From Octopus sinensis (taxonomy: Eukaryota), in NCBI RefSeq assembly GCF_006345805.1, contig NC_043001.1:22134001-22198000 (forward strand): 64,000 nt of DNA, read 5' to 3'. Position 1 is the first letter of the stretch. Each line of letters opens with the position of its first letter. A model generated the notes under the pieces. That model was not told the origin of the DNA. It saw only the letters and a list, made by a program, of their open reading frames with translations, and did no database searches. Of the stretch, positions 50,248 to 63,759 are shown one piece after another. The translations under genes were made by a program, and so were the position numbers.

Positions 50248-50632
50248 GGCAGCAAATTGGCGGAATCATTAGCACGCCGGGTGAAATGCTCAGCGGTACT
50301 TCGTCTGCCATTATGTTCTGAGTTCAAATTCCGCCGAGGTCGACTTTGCCTTTCATCCTTTCGGGGTCGATTAAATAAGTACCAGTTACGCACTGGGGTC
50401 GATATAATCGACTTAATTTCGTTTGTCCTCTCTGTGTTTAGCCCCTTGTGGGTAGTAAAGAAAATAGGTACTTCATCTGTTGCTATGTTCTGAGTTCAAA
50501 TTCAACCAAGGTCGACTCTGCTTTTCATCCTTTCGGAGTTGATTAAGTCCCAGTTACGTACTAGGGTCGATCTAATCAACTGGCTCCCTCCCCTAAAATT
50601 TCAGGCTTTGTGCCTATAATAGAAAGGATTAC
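50248..50632 (+). mobile_element. SINE family C, tandem dimer
   Basis: Same architecture as 49311-49723, second unit with an alternative tail. Confidence 0.85.
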
Positions 50633-51199
50633 TTTCTTGGCCAGTATATACACTCAGTTTTCTCAATATTTTAGATTTTTTTACAGCAGTTAAATATTCA
50701 ACGAAACTTTGATATGTTCTCACAGAGTAAAATTTGTGGAGTAAAATTTGTAAATTAGTTTAGTCGTGATACCTCACTTGCCACTTAGGTGGATGCTAGG
50801 AATAACTACTTGGGTGGGTGGAAATAATTACCAGTACTCATTTATTAAATTGGGTACTTAATTTATTGGTTTCTTTTGCTGAACTGCTAAATTACAGTGA
50901 TGTAAACAAACCAACACTGGTTGTCAAAGAGTGGTGGAAGACAACAAACAAACATACACACAAATATGCCAAGCTTCCACCCAGTTTCTGTCTACTTACA
51001 ATAATCTTTACCACTTTGTTATATTTTGTCATAAATAGTTAGGTTGGCTAGGTCTATAAATCATTAACATTGCAAGCTATTGAAACAAATATTTATTGGT
51101 CAATGACCCCAACAATGATAAGTGGGAATGACTGAAACAGATTTTGATTGCTTGCAGCTGGCTGTAAATTTGGGACATGTAGCTCAGTACCAAAGACAA

Positions 51200-51247
<48 letters not shown>

Positions 51248-51625
51248 CTGAAGTTGTCTGTGTATGGCAGGTTTGGTAGCCTTCAACTAACACTATCTCC
51301 TCCGAGACCCTGCGGCACAAGTTGACCAAAATTGAGAGTATGATAGAAGAAGGCTTGCTCTTCCTTCCATAGGAGATTAAAATTCAAATCGGACCATGTT
51401 AACACCAAAAATTGTTTACATCAAAAAGATGCTTTTTTTTCTATGAAAATCCCTATTTTTTACGATTTTTTTACTGCTGTGTCGTTATTTTTTTGGTGTA
51501 TTTCAACCAGAAAAATGTTCACTTAAAGAGAATAACAAGCAACATAATGCAAAATTTTTACTTTTCAAAAATTCCAATTCTAAAGGGTCGAAACAAACCC
51601 GAGCAACGCCGGGCAATAGTGCTAG
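51200..51625 (+). mobile_element. Non-autonomous Helitron
   Basis: A|TC...(TA)n aagctgaagttgtctgt start; subterminal hairpin cccgagcaacgccggg; ends CTAG|T; no TSD. Confidence 0.8.
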
Positions 51626-52956
51626 TTTTAGATAAAGAACGAAATGTTGTAAGAAAGATGTCTGCTTTGGTTCTTGCTTTATATTTCTGCCTTTAAGACT
51701 ACCAATATTATATTATTATTACTTTAATCTGTAAAATTTCTTTTCAAAGAAAATTTATATTGATAAACCAATTTCACTAGACTGAAATTAATCATTTAAG
51801 TTCACAAGTTAACAGGATTGAAAATTACATGCTACTTGAAACAAACACTATGTTTTTAGGCTTGGCTTCCAGCTGTTCCTTTTCAAGATCATACTGACAT
51901 CTCAGTTTCCTTGCTGCTTAGCAAACGGAAAAGATCTATCGAAGAGAAGGAAGCGTTGATTAAAATATTTATTTCCTAGACAGAGGTATATGAACTGATT
52001 TCGGATATTAAGAATGTATCCATTTTATGAGAAATTATTTGAACAGACGAAGAGAAGGAAAAGTCTGGTTTTTCAAGCAATACTTGGATATATTACAAAC
52101 TGTACAATATTATTGGCTGTAGTAAGTAGCACAGTAGTTCGTTGTCAGTGAACCAAATCAGTGATTCAGTTTTGATTCCGATGTAGAAATACTTATTTCA
52201 ATTAGGATTTTAATGCACATTGCGAAGATATGAATATCAAAGCAGACTGTTAGTCTTAGTACTAGAAAGAAAAAAACCCCCACAAAGTTGTTGTTTAACC
52301 CCAGGTATTCCCTGAGTGAGGAAGTCTATGATCAAAGCATCCCTGCCATGGCCACTCTGTCATCATCTTAGGTTTTGTTCAATTAGTGCTACATTACCCA
52401 TTTTCATCCTTTCAAGATAGTAGGGTATAGTACAAGATTCAACTGCTATTTCTTGTAGGTCAAGCAACCACATACAGGCTCACTCCTTCACTTGAAACTA
52501 TAGAGGAAGCACAGCACATGATGTTCATTTTTATATTCCGCCTCTCAGTTTGACCCTTAGACAATACATTCAGATGACTTATAACAATATAAATCTGTTT
52601 TTTAAACATAACAACCTCCTCTGCACTTTCAATCATATTGTCTCCTAATAATAAAATACACTTTTTATCTGTCGCTACAAGACAATAATTCACTTATATG
52701 AACTATTTATATGCTTATAAAGTGATGGTTTCCTAAACTCCTTGTGCTCATGAGATGAGAACAATTAACTACTTAAAAAGCCAACAAACTTCTAAAGGAA
52801 AGCAAAACTTTCCCATTCATTTGTGCCAAAGTTCATATTGCTGTCTTCCCGGTGTTCTTGTGCCAGGAAAACAATTCAAGAATATTAGCTAAAAATCATT
52901 AAAAAAAACTATCTAAATGTTATACAGTATTAGAGTTTCAATGTTTAATTATATTA

Positions 52957-53157
52957 CTCTTTTACTTCTTTGTCATTTTGACTGTGACCATGCTGGAGCA
53001 CCGCCTTTTAGTCGAACAAATCGACCCTAGGACTTATTCTTTGTAAGCCGAGTACTTATTATTGATCTCTTTTGCTGAACCACTAAGTTATGGGGACGTA
53101 AACACATCAGCATCGGTTGTCAAGTGATGTTGGGGAGACAGACAGACACACAAACAT

Positions 53158-53190
<33 letters not shown>

Positions 53191-53426
53191 CATATATATA
53201 TATAGATACATAGATATATATATATATATATACATATATACATACATACACATATACATACATACATCAGGCTTCTTTCAGTTTCTACCTGGCAAATCCA
53301 CTCACAAGGCTTTGGTTGGCCCGAGGCTATAGTAGAAGACACTTGCCCAAGGTGCCACGTTGTGGGACTGAACCAGAACCATGTAGTTCGTAAACAAGCT
53401 ACTTACCACACAGCCACTCTTACGCC
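52957..53426 (-). mobile_element. SINE family A (full length)
   Basis: Reverse complement of family A consensus. Confidence 0.9.
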
Positions 53427-53562
53427 TAATTGTTATAAAAGTCACAGAAATAAACCTGAAGAATATGGTATGAAACTTTCCCATGGAAGAATTAATTTAG
53501 CTCAAGAGGGTAATTCTAAAAGGATAAAACAATTATCTTTCCTTTTTCGTCCTTTTCAAGCC

Positions 53563-53848
53563 TAGCCAGGCTCATGGACCCTGTTTCCCGGTTTCTGTGG
53601 CGTATGTGTTCCCCCCAGCTGGACAGGACGCCTGTCCATCACAGCGTTACTCAAGAAACAGGAAGAGAGAGTGAGAGAAAGTTGGGGCGAAAGGGTACAA
53701 CAGTGGTCGCCACCACCCCCTGCCAGAGCCTTGTGGAGCTTTAGGTGTTTTCGCTCAATAAACACACAACGCCCGGTCTGGGAATCGAAACTGTGATCCT
53801 CCGACCGCAAGTCCGCTGCCCTAACCACTAGGCCATAACGCCTCCACA
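53563..53848 (-). mobile_element. tRNA-derived SINE, family D
   Basis: Minus strand ggaggcgttatggcctagtggttagggcagcggacttgcggtcggaggatcacagtttcgattccc. Confidence 0.85.
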
Positions 53849-54958
53849 AAACGATTATCTAGTTAGAAAAATTAAAATGACATTGGCATCTAGCTATAGA
53901 AACTATGCCATAGCAACACTGGAACTTGATGCAGTCCTGTGGCTCATGAGATCCTATCGTTATCCAACCCATGCCAGCATGGAAAACTGACATGTGATGA
54001 TGACAGATTCTTTTGGAAACAAGATTCCTTCAATATAAACACAGTAGACTTGATAGAAGTCATAGACAAATAACTCGTCCCCTCCAAGATCTAGCACACC
54101 GGGTTGAACTATCATAGTTGATGAAGTTTATTTAATAAGGCAAAACATGTCTGAAGTTGTCCCTTGATTGCTAAATTCCAGACACCTTCCACTGCATTAC
54201 AATTTTAATTTAAATTTATTCCCCAACCCCATCAAAATTTTTGACCAGAATTAGTCTTTTAGATGAGGCTTTTTTCTCATCACTAAAAGGAATCCAACTT
54301 CTGTCTGTGTGTGTATTTACATGCAGTCAAATATGTCTGGTCATAGAGTGACATATTTAGCTGCATGTAAATACATTACAGTGCTATCCTTTAGAGTGTG
54401 CTTCGTGTGTGTGTGTGTGAGAATGCATGCCTTAAGGGTGAGCGTATCCGGTATACAATTGTAAGGTCAAGCATTCGGTTCCTGGACCAAGGCTGCATTG
54501 TGTTGTTGAATAAAATTTTTCATTTGACATTGCATCAGTCTTGTAAATAGCAGCCAGTTGCTAGAGCAGCTCTCTTTCTCTTCCCCCCTTATCAGCTGTC
54601 ACCTCCTCAATGTTCCAACGGGTCAAAGAGTGTCTTAAAACAATCAGCAAAAGTGTGGTACAAGCTACTGGTCATATTTGCTTGTGGGTGATAGGTAAGC
54701 TCTGTGTGTGTGTATAAACTCAAGGTATATGCATTTATACACAATGAAAATGAAAACGGGTTAGCTGGTATACAAACAAGACATGCAAACAAATAAACCA
54801 GCAGATAAATCTGTAATCAGAGAGAAATCAAGAATAAAGCAATTTTAAAGTAGATTTATTTGAGTTGCAACCAATTGGCAAAGCTGTTCGCAAAACAGTT
54901 AACTCAGTTTAAAACCTGGTTAAAGTATGTGTGTTTGAAAAACAGATTACTCTCTCTC

Positions 54959-55305
54959 TCTTTTACTTGTTTCAGTCATTTGACTGCGGCCATGCTGGAG
55001 CACCACCTTTAGTCGAGCAAATCGACCCCGGGACTTATTCTTTGTAAGCCCAGCACTTATTCTATCGGTCTCTTTTGCCGAACCGTTAAGTGGCGGGGAC
55101 GTAAACACACTAGCATCGGTTGTCAAGCAATGCTAGGGGGACAAACACAGGTACACAAACATATACACACACATACATATATATATATACATACATACAT
55201 ACGACAGGCTTCTTTCAGTTTCGGTCAACCAAATCCACTCACAAGGCATTGGTCGGCCCGGGGCTATAGCAGAAGACACTTGCCCAAGATGCCACGCAGT
55301 GGGAC
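54959..55305 (-). mobile_element. SINE family A
   Basis: Reverse complement of family A consensus, head truncated. Confidence 0.87.
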
Positions 55306-55435
55306 GGAAAGATTAGAAAGTATATTTCAATAAATATACATACACACACGAATACATACATAAACATAAATACATACACACACACACATATTTTGAATAA
55401 ATAGTTAATATAAATAATAAAAATAAAATAAAGCC

Positions 55436-55667
55436 TAGCCAGGCTCATGGGCCAGGTTTCCTGGTTTCAATGGCGTAATTGTTCCCCAGCCAGACGGGAA
55501 GCCAGTTGATCACAGCATTACTCATTTTTGCCAGCTGAGTGGACTGGAGCAATGTGAAATGAAGTGTTTTGCTCAAGAACACAACGCACCTCCCGGTCCA
55601 GGAATCAAAACCACAATCTTACAATCATGATGCTGACGCCTTAACCACTAAACCACGTGCCTCCACA
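55436..55667 (-). mobile_element. tRNA-derived SINE, family D-related
   Basis: Shares the ctagccaggctcatgg end with 53563; tRNA-like head ggaggcacgtggtttagtggttaagg. Confidence 0.8.
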
Positions 55668-55699
55668 GTTAATATAAATAGTTATTAAAAATATCTTCA

Positions 55700-56010
55700 A
55701 ACGTTGGGCTTCATGGAGGCAATAACTAGTGACCGAGACCTTTGGTAATATGCTGTGCTTGAGAAGAAGACCCATCAAGCCAAGTGAAATCATAGTCATA
55801 GCAGATACTGGTGTCATGCAACTGACACCTGTGCTGGTAGCATGTAAATGCACCCATTACACTCTTGGTGTGGTTGGCGTTAGGAAGGCATCCAGCTGCA
55901 GAAACCATGCCAAATCAAACTGGAGTCTATTGCAGCCCCTCAGCTTACCAGCCCTGATCAAACTACCCAACCCATGTCAGCATGGACAATAGATGTTAAA
56001 TGATGATGAT
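55700..56010 (+). mobile_element. Retroposon family B
   Basis: ggttggcgttaggaaggcatccagctg...gttaaatgatgatgat. Confidence 0.8.
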
Positions 56011-57238
56011 AAGCAAAAACTGTCCTCATTCATAAAAACCAACCCAACAGAGTTTGGAGCTATTATTCAAATTTCTACTGCACTGACTTAATATCTGTCA
56101 GCTTAAATACTCTTTTCCTTTCTTTGTGAAACAAACACTTTATGCAAAAACCATTGTAGGCACCAATTTATATCAAGGAAATAAATCTTTAAATTTCAAT
56201 TTATGACTTTTTTTTTTTTTATCTGTAAACTGAAATTTAGGCAGCACCTTCCATTATAGTGATTACATTTTATTTTTCAAACTCTTGTCAAAAGTAATCT
56301 TTGAACTACTGACAAACTAATGAAAGTTTAAAAGAAAAGTAAGAATTATTCGTAGACAAAATAATCACAGTTAATATGATGATTATACTTAGTGTGAACA
56401 CCCAGTCAAACTGAAAATAGATTTACAAAATAACTAATTTTGTTCAACACATGACAGAAAAATTATCTGAAATTCAGTAGCTAAATCCTGCTCTTTTTCT
56501 TTTTTTGCTATAATTTTACATTTTAAACAAAGAAATTGACTGACTTGTAATAATTGAAATGTAAACCAATGTTGACACGACTACATTTGTAGACATAATG
56601 GAAAATGTTAAAATAAGGACATTTTATCAGTTATCATAAGAGATTCATTTCCAAGTAGTAACAGCTGCAATTGCCTTAAAAACTGAAAAAGCAACAGTAC
56701 CAAAATATGGTACTATTATCATCTTCAGTTAGGGGTCAAATGATCTCTAGCCTTAAATTATGCAGCTAATATTGCTGTTATTAAGATTGACATGACTTGC
56801 CTTCACTACATTAAACACTAACCTGCATAAGCAAAAGAAGTGGGTCTACAAATTTGTGTTGATAAGATTGCATAACTACAGATAAGACATAGTAAATCCT
56901 ATTCATGACAATCTAGGACAGACAATAAAGCAAGCAGTACAATGTTTATCTTGGGTATGAACTAGCAACCTCTGAATTGCTGTAGGTTGCTTTTTCTAAA
57001 AAAAACAAAAAAGCATCCTACCTGCTGGCACAGGTAGGATGGCTTGACAGGAACTGGTAAGTCAGAAGACTGCACTAAATTCTGCTGTCTGCTTTTGCAT
57101 GGTTCTTATGCTTGTGTGCCCTTCCTTATGCCAACCACTTAACAGAGTGTAATGGGTGATTTTTACGTGGCAACAGCAGCAGTGAGGCCACCAAGAAACT
57201 TGCAAGACAAGACCCCCTCAACTGGGGGGAGTAGTATT

Positions 57239-57445
57239 CATCATCATCATCGTTTAACGTCTGCTTTCCATGCTAACATGGGTTGGATGATTTGACAGAG
57301 GTCTGGCGAACCAGATGGCTGCACCAGGCTCCAGTCTGATCTGGCAGAGTTTCTACAGCTGGATGCCCTTCCTAACGCCAACCACTCTGAGAGTGTAGTG
57401 GGTGCTTTTACGTGCCACCGGCACGAGGGCCAATCAGGCAGTATT
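57239..57445 (-). mobile_element. Retroposon family B (5'-truncated)
   Basis: (cat)n-cgtttaacgtctgctttccatgc. Confidence 0.85.
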
Positions 57446-57495
57446 GAGGGATAAAAAGTGGTGTCTTGCATTAGAAAAGAAACATAACTACTTAG

Positions 57496-57538
<43 letters not shown>

Positions 57539-58845
57539 ATGTAACAGGGAGGGGGACAGGGGTTGTACATCCAAGTTAGAGGGAGGTGTATATAGTGAAG
57601 TGGACATGTGGGTGGATGGGTGAGTTCACAAGATTGTGAGAGGAAAGTAGGAGATAAAGTGGGGTGTAATGAGTAGGCACAGACTGAGAGAGTGGGGTAT
57701 GTTGCGGGGGTAAGAGATTTAACAGAGATATATGAATTAAATTATGTCACCTGGTTTGAAGAAAGAGAAAAAATAGATTTTAACTGTTGAAGTATTTCAA
57801 AACCAGGTTATGACATTTACTACTGATAAATGCCTGACAAAGTTAAGCAAAGTTAAAATGTACTAAATCTACAACAAATGACAACTGATTTTTTAGTAAA
57901 ATTCCTCTTAATACTATCTAAGCACATCAACCATTTAGTATTTAGATTACTCTGTAAAATTTAATGCTACTTTATTCACTTTGTTTTTGAATTAGACATG
58001 AATTATCTTGTAGCTTAGAGATTTCAATGTGATAAATTATTTTTAGAATGACATTGTATGGTAATACTGAATATATATAGTTGTATTTTATATCTCTGAA
58101 GAGCAGAAGGGTTGTCTATAAATGCTTATCAATATAGGATTTCATTATAGGGGTAACTCTTCTGTGAAACAATCGTAAGATGCTTAAATAATTAATTCAA
58201 AACTTTTAAACTATCAAATTTATTTTATACATTATATTTAAATTTATTTTTTATATATATATTTTTATACATATTTTTAATACAATAAATTCTTTCACAC
58301 AGGTATATCTTTATGATGAGTATGGATATTAATTTCCTGATACTAATAATGATAATATATTATTAAAAAATTTATTGTATGGTAGGTGTGAGAAGACAGA
58401 TCTGGCCAGTTTGAACATAAAAGCAGGTAGATATGGCTGGTTTAAATGATAAAGGGTTAAGTGTTCTATTTGTGGTGTTTCTAAGATCTGTCTGGAGGGA
58501 TAATCAGTAGAAATAGAAAACAAAGAAACTAAAATAGTCTCAACATCAGTCATGGGTAGAATTTAATGCAACACCAGTAAGAAATGGTAGGCAGAGCAAA
58601 TACATTCATGGTAGCCTGTGCTTCTGCCATTATTGGGTTCAGAGTCTAAAAAATAATGTTCCAATTCCAACCAAATGTAATATATGTTAAAACTACCAGT
58701 TTTGCAGATACTAATATGAAAATAATCAAATCAGATTTAAAGACTTCTGTGAAGTAGGATCTGGTAGAAGCAGTTTTGTCTAAGACAAAAAAAAAAAAAA
58801 AAGTTAGTAAACTTTGGATTTTGATTTAACCCCTGTACTATAGAG

Positions 58846-59125
58846 CAGTGTTATTCAAAGTGGTGGTCCATGGACTTGTGTCGGTATGCAAGCCATCAGC
58901 TGCCAGTACACAGCAAGTTTCCAGAAAAGAAACAAACATTATAAAATGCTTACGTAATATTGTATTATTTGTTTACAAAATAAATATAAGATAAAAAGAA
59001 TTGTCAACTCTTTTATTATGTTCATTATATATATTGTTTCCAGAATAAACTAATATTACCGGTTCCTGACACATTGGAAAAAAAAAACTGATGGTACACC
59101 ACATCAGAGAGTTTGAGAAGCACTG
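58846..59125. mobile_element. hAT-superfamily MITE (old)
   Basis: TIRs cagtgttattcaaa / tttgagaagcactg; degenerate 8-bp TSD ctatagag / ctgtaggc. Confidence 0.7.
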
Positions 59126-59344
59126 CTGTAGGCCACTGCCTCAGGGTACAATATTTCTCAAATTTTGTAAAGGTAAACTTTTCAATATAATTTTATTTCA
59201 TGCGTATTACTTCATGTTACATTTTATAGTTAAAATATGCTTTAATTTCAAATAGAAAGGGTTATGTATCTAACTGAATTCAAAAATGGTCATTTGTTAA
59301 ATTGCTTTATATATTTGATCTTTTAATTTGAACTTTGATAAACT

Positions 59345-59620
59345 CATCATCGTTTAACGTTCGCTTTCCATGCTAGCATGGGTTGGACGATTTTTACTGA
59401 GGGCTGGCAAGCCAGATGGTTGCACCAGGCTCCAATCTTGATCTGGCAGAGTTTCTACAGCTGGATGCCCTTCCTAACGCCAACCACTCTGAGAGTGTAG
59501 TGGGTGCTTTTACATGCCACCGGCAAGGGGGCCAGTTAGGCGGTACTGGCAATGACCTCGCTCGAATCTTTTTACACGTGCCACCAGCACAGGTGCCAGT
59601 GAAGCGACGTTGGTAACGAT
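59345..59620 (-). mobile_element. Retroposon family B
   Basis: (cat)n end and internal units. Confidence 0.85.
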
Positions 59621-59957
59621 AGTGATGTTCTGGTAAACAAAAATGCTCCTGATTCAACCCCCACTGCTTAACACCTTGGACAGGTGCTTTCTACAGTAGC
59701 ATCAGATAAAACAATGCCCTCCATGTGAAATTTGATAAACAGTAACTTAGAAAACCTCTCTTAACTCTTTCCTTTCCTGCATTGGTTTCAGTTACTGTAG
59801 GTTTGGTCAGTTATATCAAACTCTGTAACACAGTACCGTAAAGATTGTTAAAATAAGTATTAAGTTCTTTTTGATACAACACTGGTTTTACAGTAGTAAA
59901 CAGATATGGAATCACTCATGTATAAGACATATTTCTATTGTGTGTATGTGTGTATAT

Positions 59958-60318
59958 AGGCTTGGTTGTGCGGCAAGATGTTTGCTCTGAAACCACATGG
60001 CTCTGAGTTCAGTCTCACTGTGTGGCAACTTGAGTAAATGTCTTCTACTATAGCCTCAGGCCAACCAAAGCCTTGTGAGTGGATTTTCCAGATAGAAACT
60101 GAAAGAAGTCCGTCATGTGTGTGTGTGTGTGTGTGTGTTTATCTCTACCACCACTTGACAACCAGTGTTGATGTGTCTGACCATGTAACTTAGCAGTTTG
60201 GCAAAAGAGACCAATAGAATAAGAACCAGGCTTAAAATATATATTTTTTTAAAGTACTGGGGGTTGATTTGTTTGACTAAAATACTTGAAGGTCGTGCTC
60301 CAGCATGGCTACAAGTCT
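59958..60318 (+). mobile_element. SINE family A (diverged)
   Basis: Matches family A consensus. Confidence 0.8.
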
Positions 60319-60414
60319 AACCCTCCTTCCCTTCTTTCCTGAGCGTCAAATAATACTTTAATTGTTCCACGTCCTCGCGTTGCTGTGTTTTTTTCTGTGT
60401 TTTCTTGTTTGGAT

Positions 60415-60481
<67 letters not shown>

Positions 60482-60504
60482 TTATATGATGACGACAGGT
60501 TTCT

Positions 60505-60704
60505 CATTTCTTTATTGCCCACAAGGGGCTAAACATAGAGAGGACAAACAAGGACAGACAAAGGGATTAAGTCGATTATATCGACCCTGAAAAAATGACA
60601 GGCAAAATTGACCTCGGTGGAATTTGAACTCAGAATGTAACAGCAGACGAAATACTCATTTGCATTTCGCCCAACATGCTAACGTTTCTGCTAGCTCGCC
60701 ACCT
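60505..60704 (-). mobile_element. SINE family C
   Basis: Reverse complement of 49311 unit; flanked by direct repeat ccttttatatgatga.gacaggtttct. Confidence 0.85.
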
Positions 60705-61881
60705 TTTATATGATGATGACAGGTTTCTATCCACCATATTCTACTCACATACCATTATTTAATCTGGGGTTGTAGAGGAGAACACTTGTTCAAGGTACCA
60801 CACAATGAATTCAAACCTAGAAACCTGGTAGCAAAACAAACTTCTGAACCACACACCTACACGTGAGTGTTTTCGTGCTTATTGGTGCAAATCAGCATAG
60901 AGAGGTGCATCAAAAATGGGTAAGTTAGCCACTCCGTGAATAATTATGAAATTAGTAATCGGATCAATACAAAAGTCAGTTAGTACAAAGGTCAGTACAA
61001 TTGGCTGAAAACACTCGACAGAGTCACCAGAAATGCCAAAGTTCAATGGCTGAAACCAGTAAACAATAAAAAAAAAAATTGATAAAAAAGAACTTCCTAA
61101 ACATAACAGGAAAAAAAGTGCACAGCTATAAATAAAAACGTGTAGGTAATTTCCTGACATGAAGGAAGTTAGAAACTCCACAGACATTTATTAATATCAA
61201 AAGAATGTTAAATATCTTCTGATGAGAGTTATAGATACTCTCATAAATGTACATGTTAAAAATAATATTTGTTATTATAATATGAATGTAATTTATTAAC
61301 ATTTAGAAGAAGCTAAGGAAACATTCAAATCCAACCAGGAAATAACTGAGTTATGAATAAAGGTTTCAGGATTTAAAAACTGCAAGAATTTATATTTAGA
61401 TTATAATCTCAAATATAAAGTTTATTTATTCACACCGTTTTGAATTAATCATGTGTTATCTTGTAGCTCTGAGATTTCAATGATGTGATTATCTATTTTT
61501 AGAATGACATTGTAGGCTAGGTGTGAGAAGCTGGATCTGGCTAGTTTGAACATAAAACAAGAACATTTGAGCCAGATACGGTCGATTTAATTGCTTAACG
61601 GTTAAAGCTTTTGAGAAATACTGATGGGTTATATCTTAATGAAATCATCAGTGTTCATATTTTGGAATTTCCATGAGTCCGATGGAATTTGTTGAGGCAA
61701 ATTTTCTTCAGTAAGACACCTCATCACCAACCCTTACTAGTTTCCAAGTAAGATAATTTTTCTCCGTGGCTGGACATGTTTCCACAGAAAATTGGAAACA
61801 AGTGGTAACACTTGTATGACAATTGTTTACAACAATCACATAATGTCAACATACACACACAACACGCATATATATATATGA

Positions 61882-62236
61882 TGGATGCTGGACAGTGCCT
61901 CTACTAGAATGTTATGTGCAGTGCTCAATATCTCTTGGAGAGAGCACCCAACAAAACAATGGTTATATGGGAATGTACTGACTTTCATCAACCATCCAAG
62001 AGCAGAGATTGAGATTTGCTGGCCACTGCTGGAGGAGTAAAGAACTAGTGATTAATGTGTTGCTGTGAACACCAAATCATGGTGTTACAGCAGCCAGAAG
62101 ATCACAGAAGACATATATACAATAGCTTGCAGAAATTGTTGGATGCCAAATTAAGGACCTAAAAACACTAATGGAAGATTGGGAGGTGGAGATAGGTAGT
62201 CAGGCTGGCCTGGGAAATCAGCCTGACTGGATGATA
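61882..62236 (+). mobile_element. RTE-X-type LINE 3' fragment
   Basis: MLDSASTRMLCAVLNISWREHPTKQWLYG / TIQEQRLRFAGHCWRSKELVINVLL*TPNHG with frameshift and stops; ends ...ggatgat. Confidence 0.8.
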
Positions 62237-62633
62237 CCTCAATTAAAAAACAAAAAACAGAAATGATGGATTTCTCCCAGTTTCAATCTACCAAATCCAC
62301 TCATACAGTTTTAGTTGGCTTGGGGATATAGTAGAAGATATTTTCCCAAGGTGCAATGCAGTGGGATTGAACTCGGTTCCAAGTGATTGGGAAGCAAGAT
62401 TCTTAACCACACAGCCATGTCTGATCATTGAAGATGTGTGTTGGGTATTTTGCAGGATTCTATTGACTTCAATAACAGTCATTGGCATCTTGGATCTCTA
62501 AGAAATTATAAAAAGATTTGTCAGACTATTTCTTCGTCATTCTAAAAGGTTAAAAAGCAATGCAATGCTTCAGTACTTCATTTGTCATGAAATATAGGTG
62601 TGAAAACAGAAAGGCTACTGTACTAAATAGACA

Positions 62634-63048
62634 ATGTGTGGTTAAGAAGCTTGCTTTGCAATCACATGGTTTCAGGTTCAATCCCACAGTGTGGCACCTT
62701 GGGCAAGTGTTTTCTACTATAACTCTGAATTTACCAATGAATGCCTTGTGAGTGAGTTTAGTGGACCAAAGTATGTAGAAGCTATTGTGTGTGTGAGTGT
62801 GTGTGTGAGTGTGTGTGTGTGAGTGTGTGTGTGTGAGCGTGTGTGTGTGTGTGTGTGTTGGCACCACCACCCCAGCACTTCACAACTGGTGCTGGATTTT
62901 TTATGTCACCGTAACGTAGTGGTTCAACAAAAGGGACTGATAAAGTACCAGACTTAACTTCAATATTGGGGTCGATTTATTTAACGATAACCTTTCAAGG
63001 TGGTGCTCCAGTATGGCCAAAGCCCAATGACTGAAACGAGTAAGAGAT
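62634..63048 (+). mobile_element. SINE family A (diverged); inverted fragment at ~62275-62420
   Basis: Matches family A consensus. Confidence 0.78.
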
Positions 63049-63759
63049 AACAGAGACTACTATACATTGCATATTTTAAGTCAACCAATACTTTAACACG
63101 TTGACTAACTGAACCTTGAAGCATAACAACATAAGAACTAAGAAACCGAGAAACGTATTTCCTGTGACTCATCAGGAATATATTTTGAGAAAAGAAAAGA
63201 AAAGAAGAAAAAAAATGATTCATGATCATAGAACATTTGAAGATCGGCTAAAACACGGTGGTCAACAGGACTCAACTAAAGCGTCAGAAAGATTAATCAA
63301 TAAATAAACAACCAAGATATCATTCATTAGTATCCTAATAGATTCAATATGGTGATGCTTCTTATAACAGAAATGTTTAATAACGACAAAGCTTATTATG
63401 TATCACGGATTTATTCAACTGTTATGAACATGCTTGGTCAATCCACAAACGAAAAATGAATAAGTAGGTCAATAATTGATGAGAAGAGAGCGGGCTTTTT
63501 TTCCCTCCCCCACCTCCTTTTAAACGGGTTTTTCTTCACATGTATTTTCATATTGCCGCTAACGAACAATAAGTATCATTGGTTACGAGTTTCTAACAAG
63601 CTAATTACTGGTTTGCAACATTTCTGAATAAGAAAGAGATAAGGGTGTGTCTCTAACTCAATGCACAACTAATATCACAAAGCACTTCCTTGTAAAAGTT
63701 TTTTTTTTTTTCTGTTGTCTCATGTTTACAAACAAGATACATATATACACCTATATACA

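Noticed and set aside
57014-57041. 11-bp hairpin catcctacctg/caggtaggatg
   Set aside because: Short and lies at the end of a decayed family B repeat
61219-61250. CTGATGAGAGT...ACTCTCAT as a hammerhead
   Set aside because: No GAAA after helix II and no helix I/III
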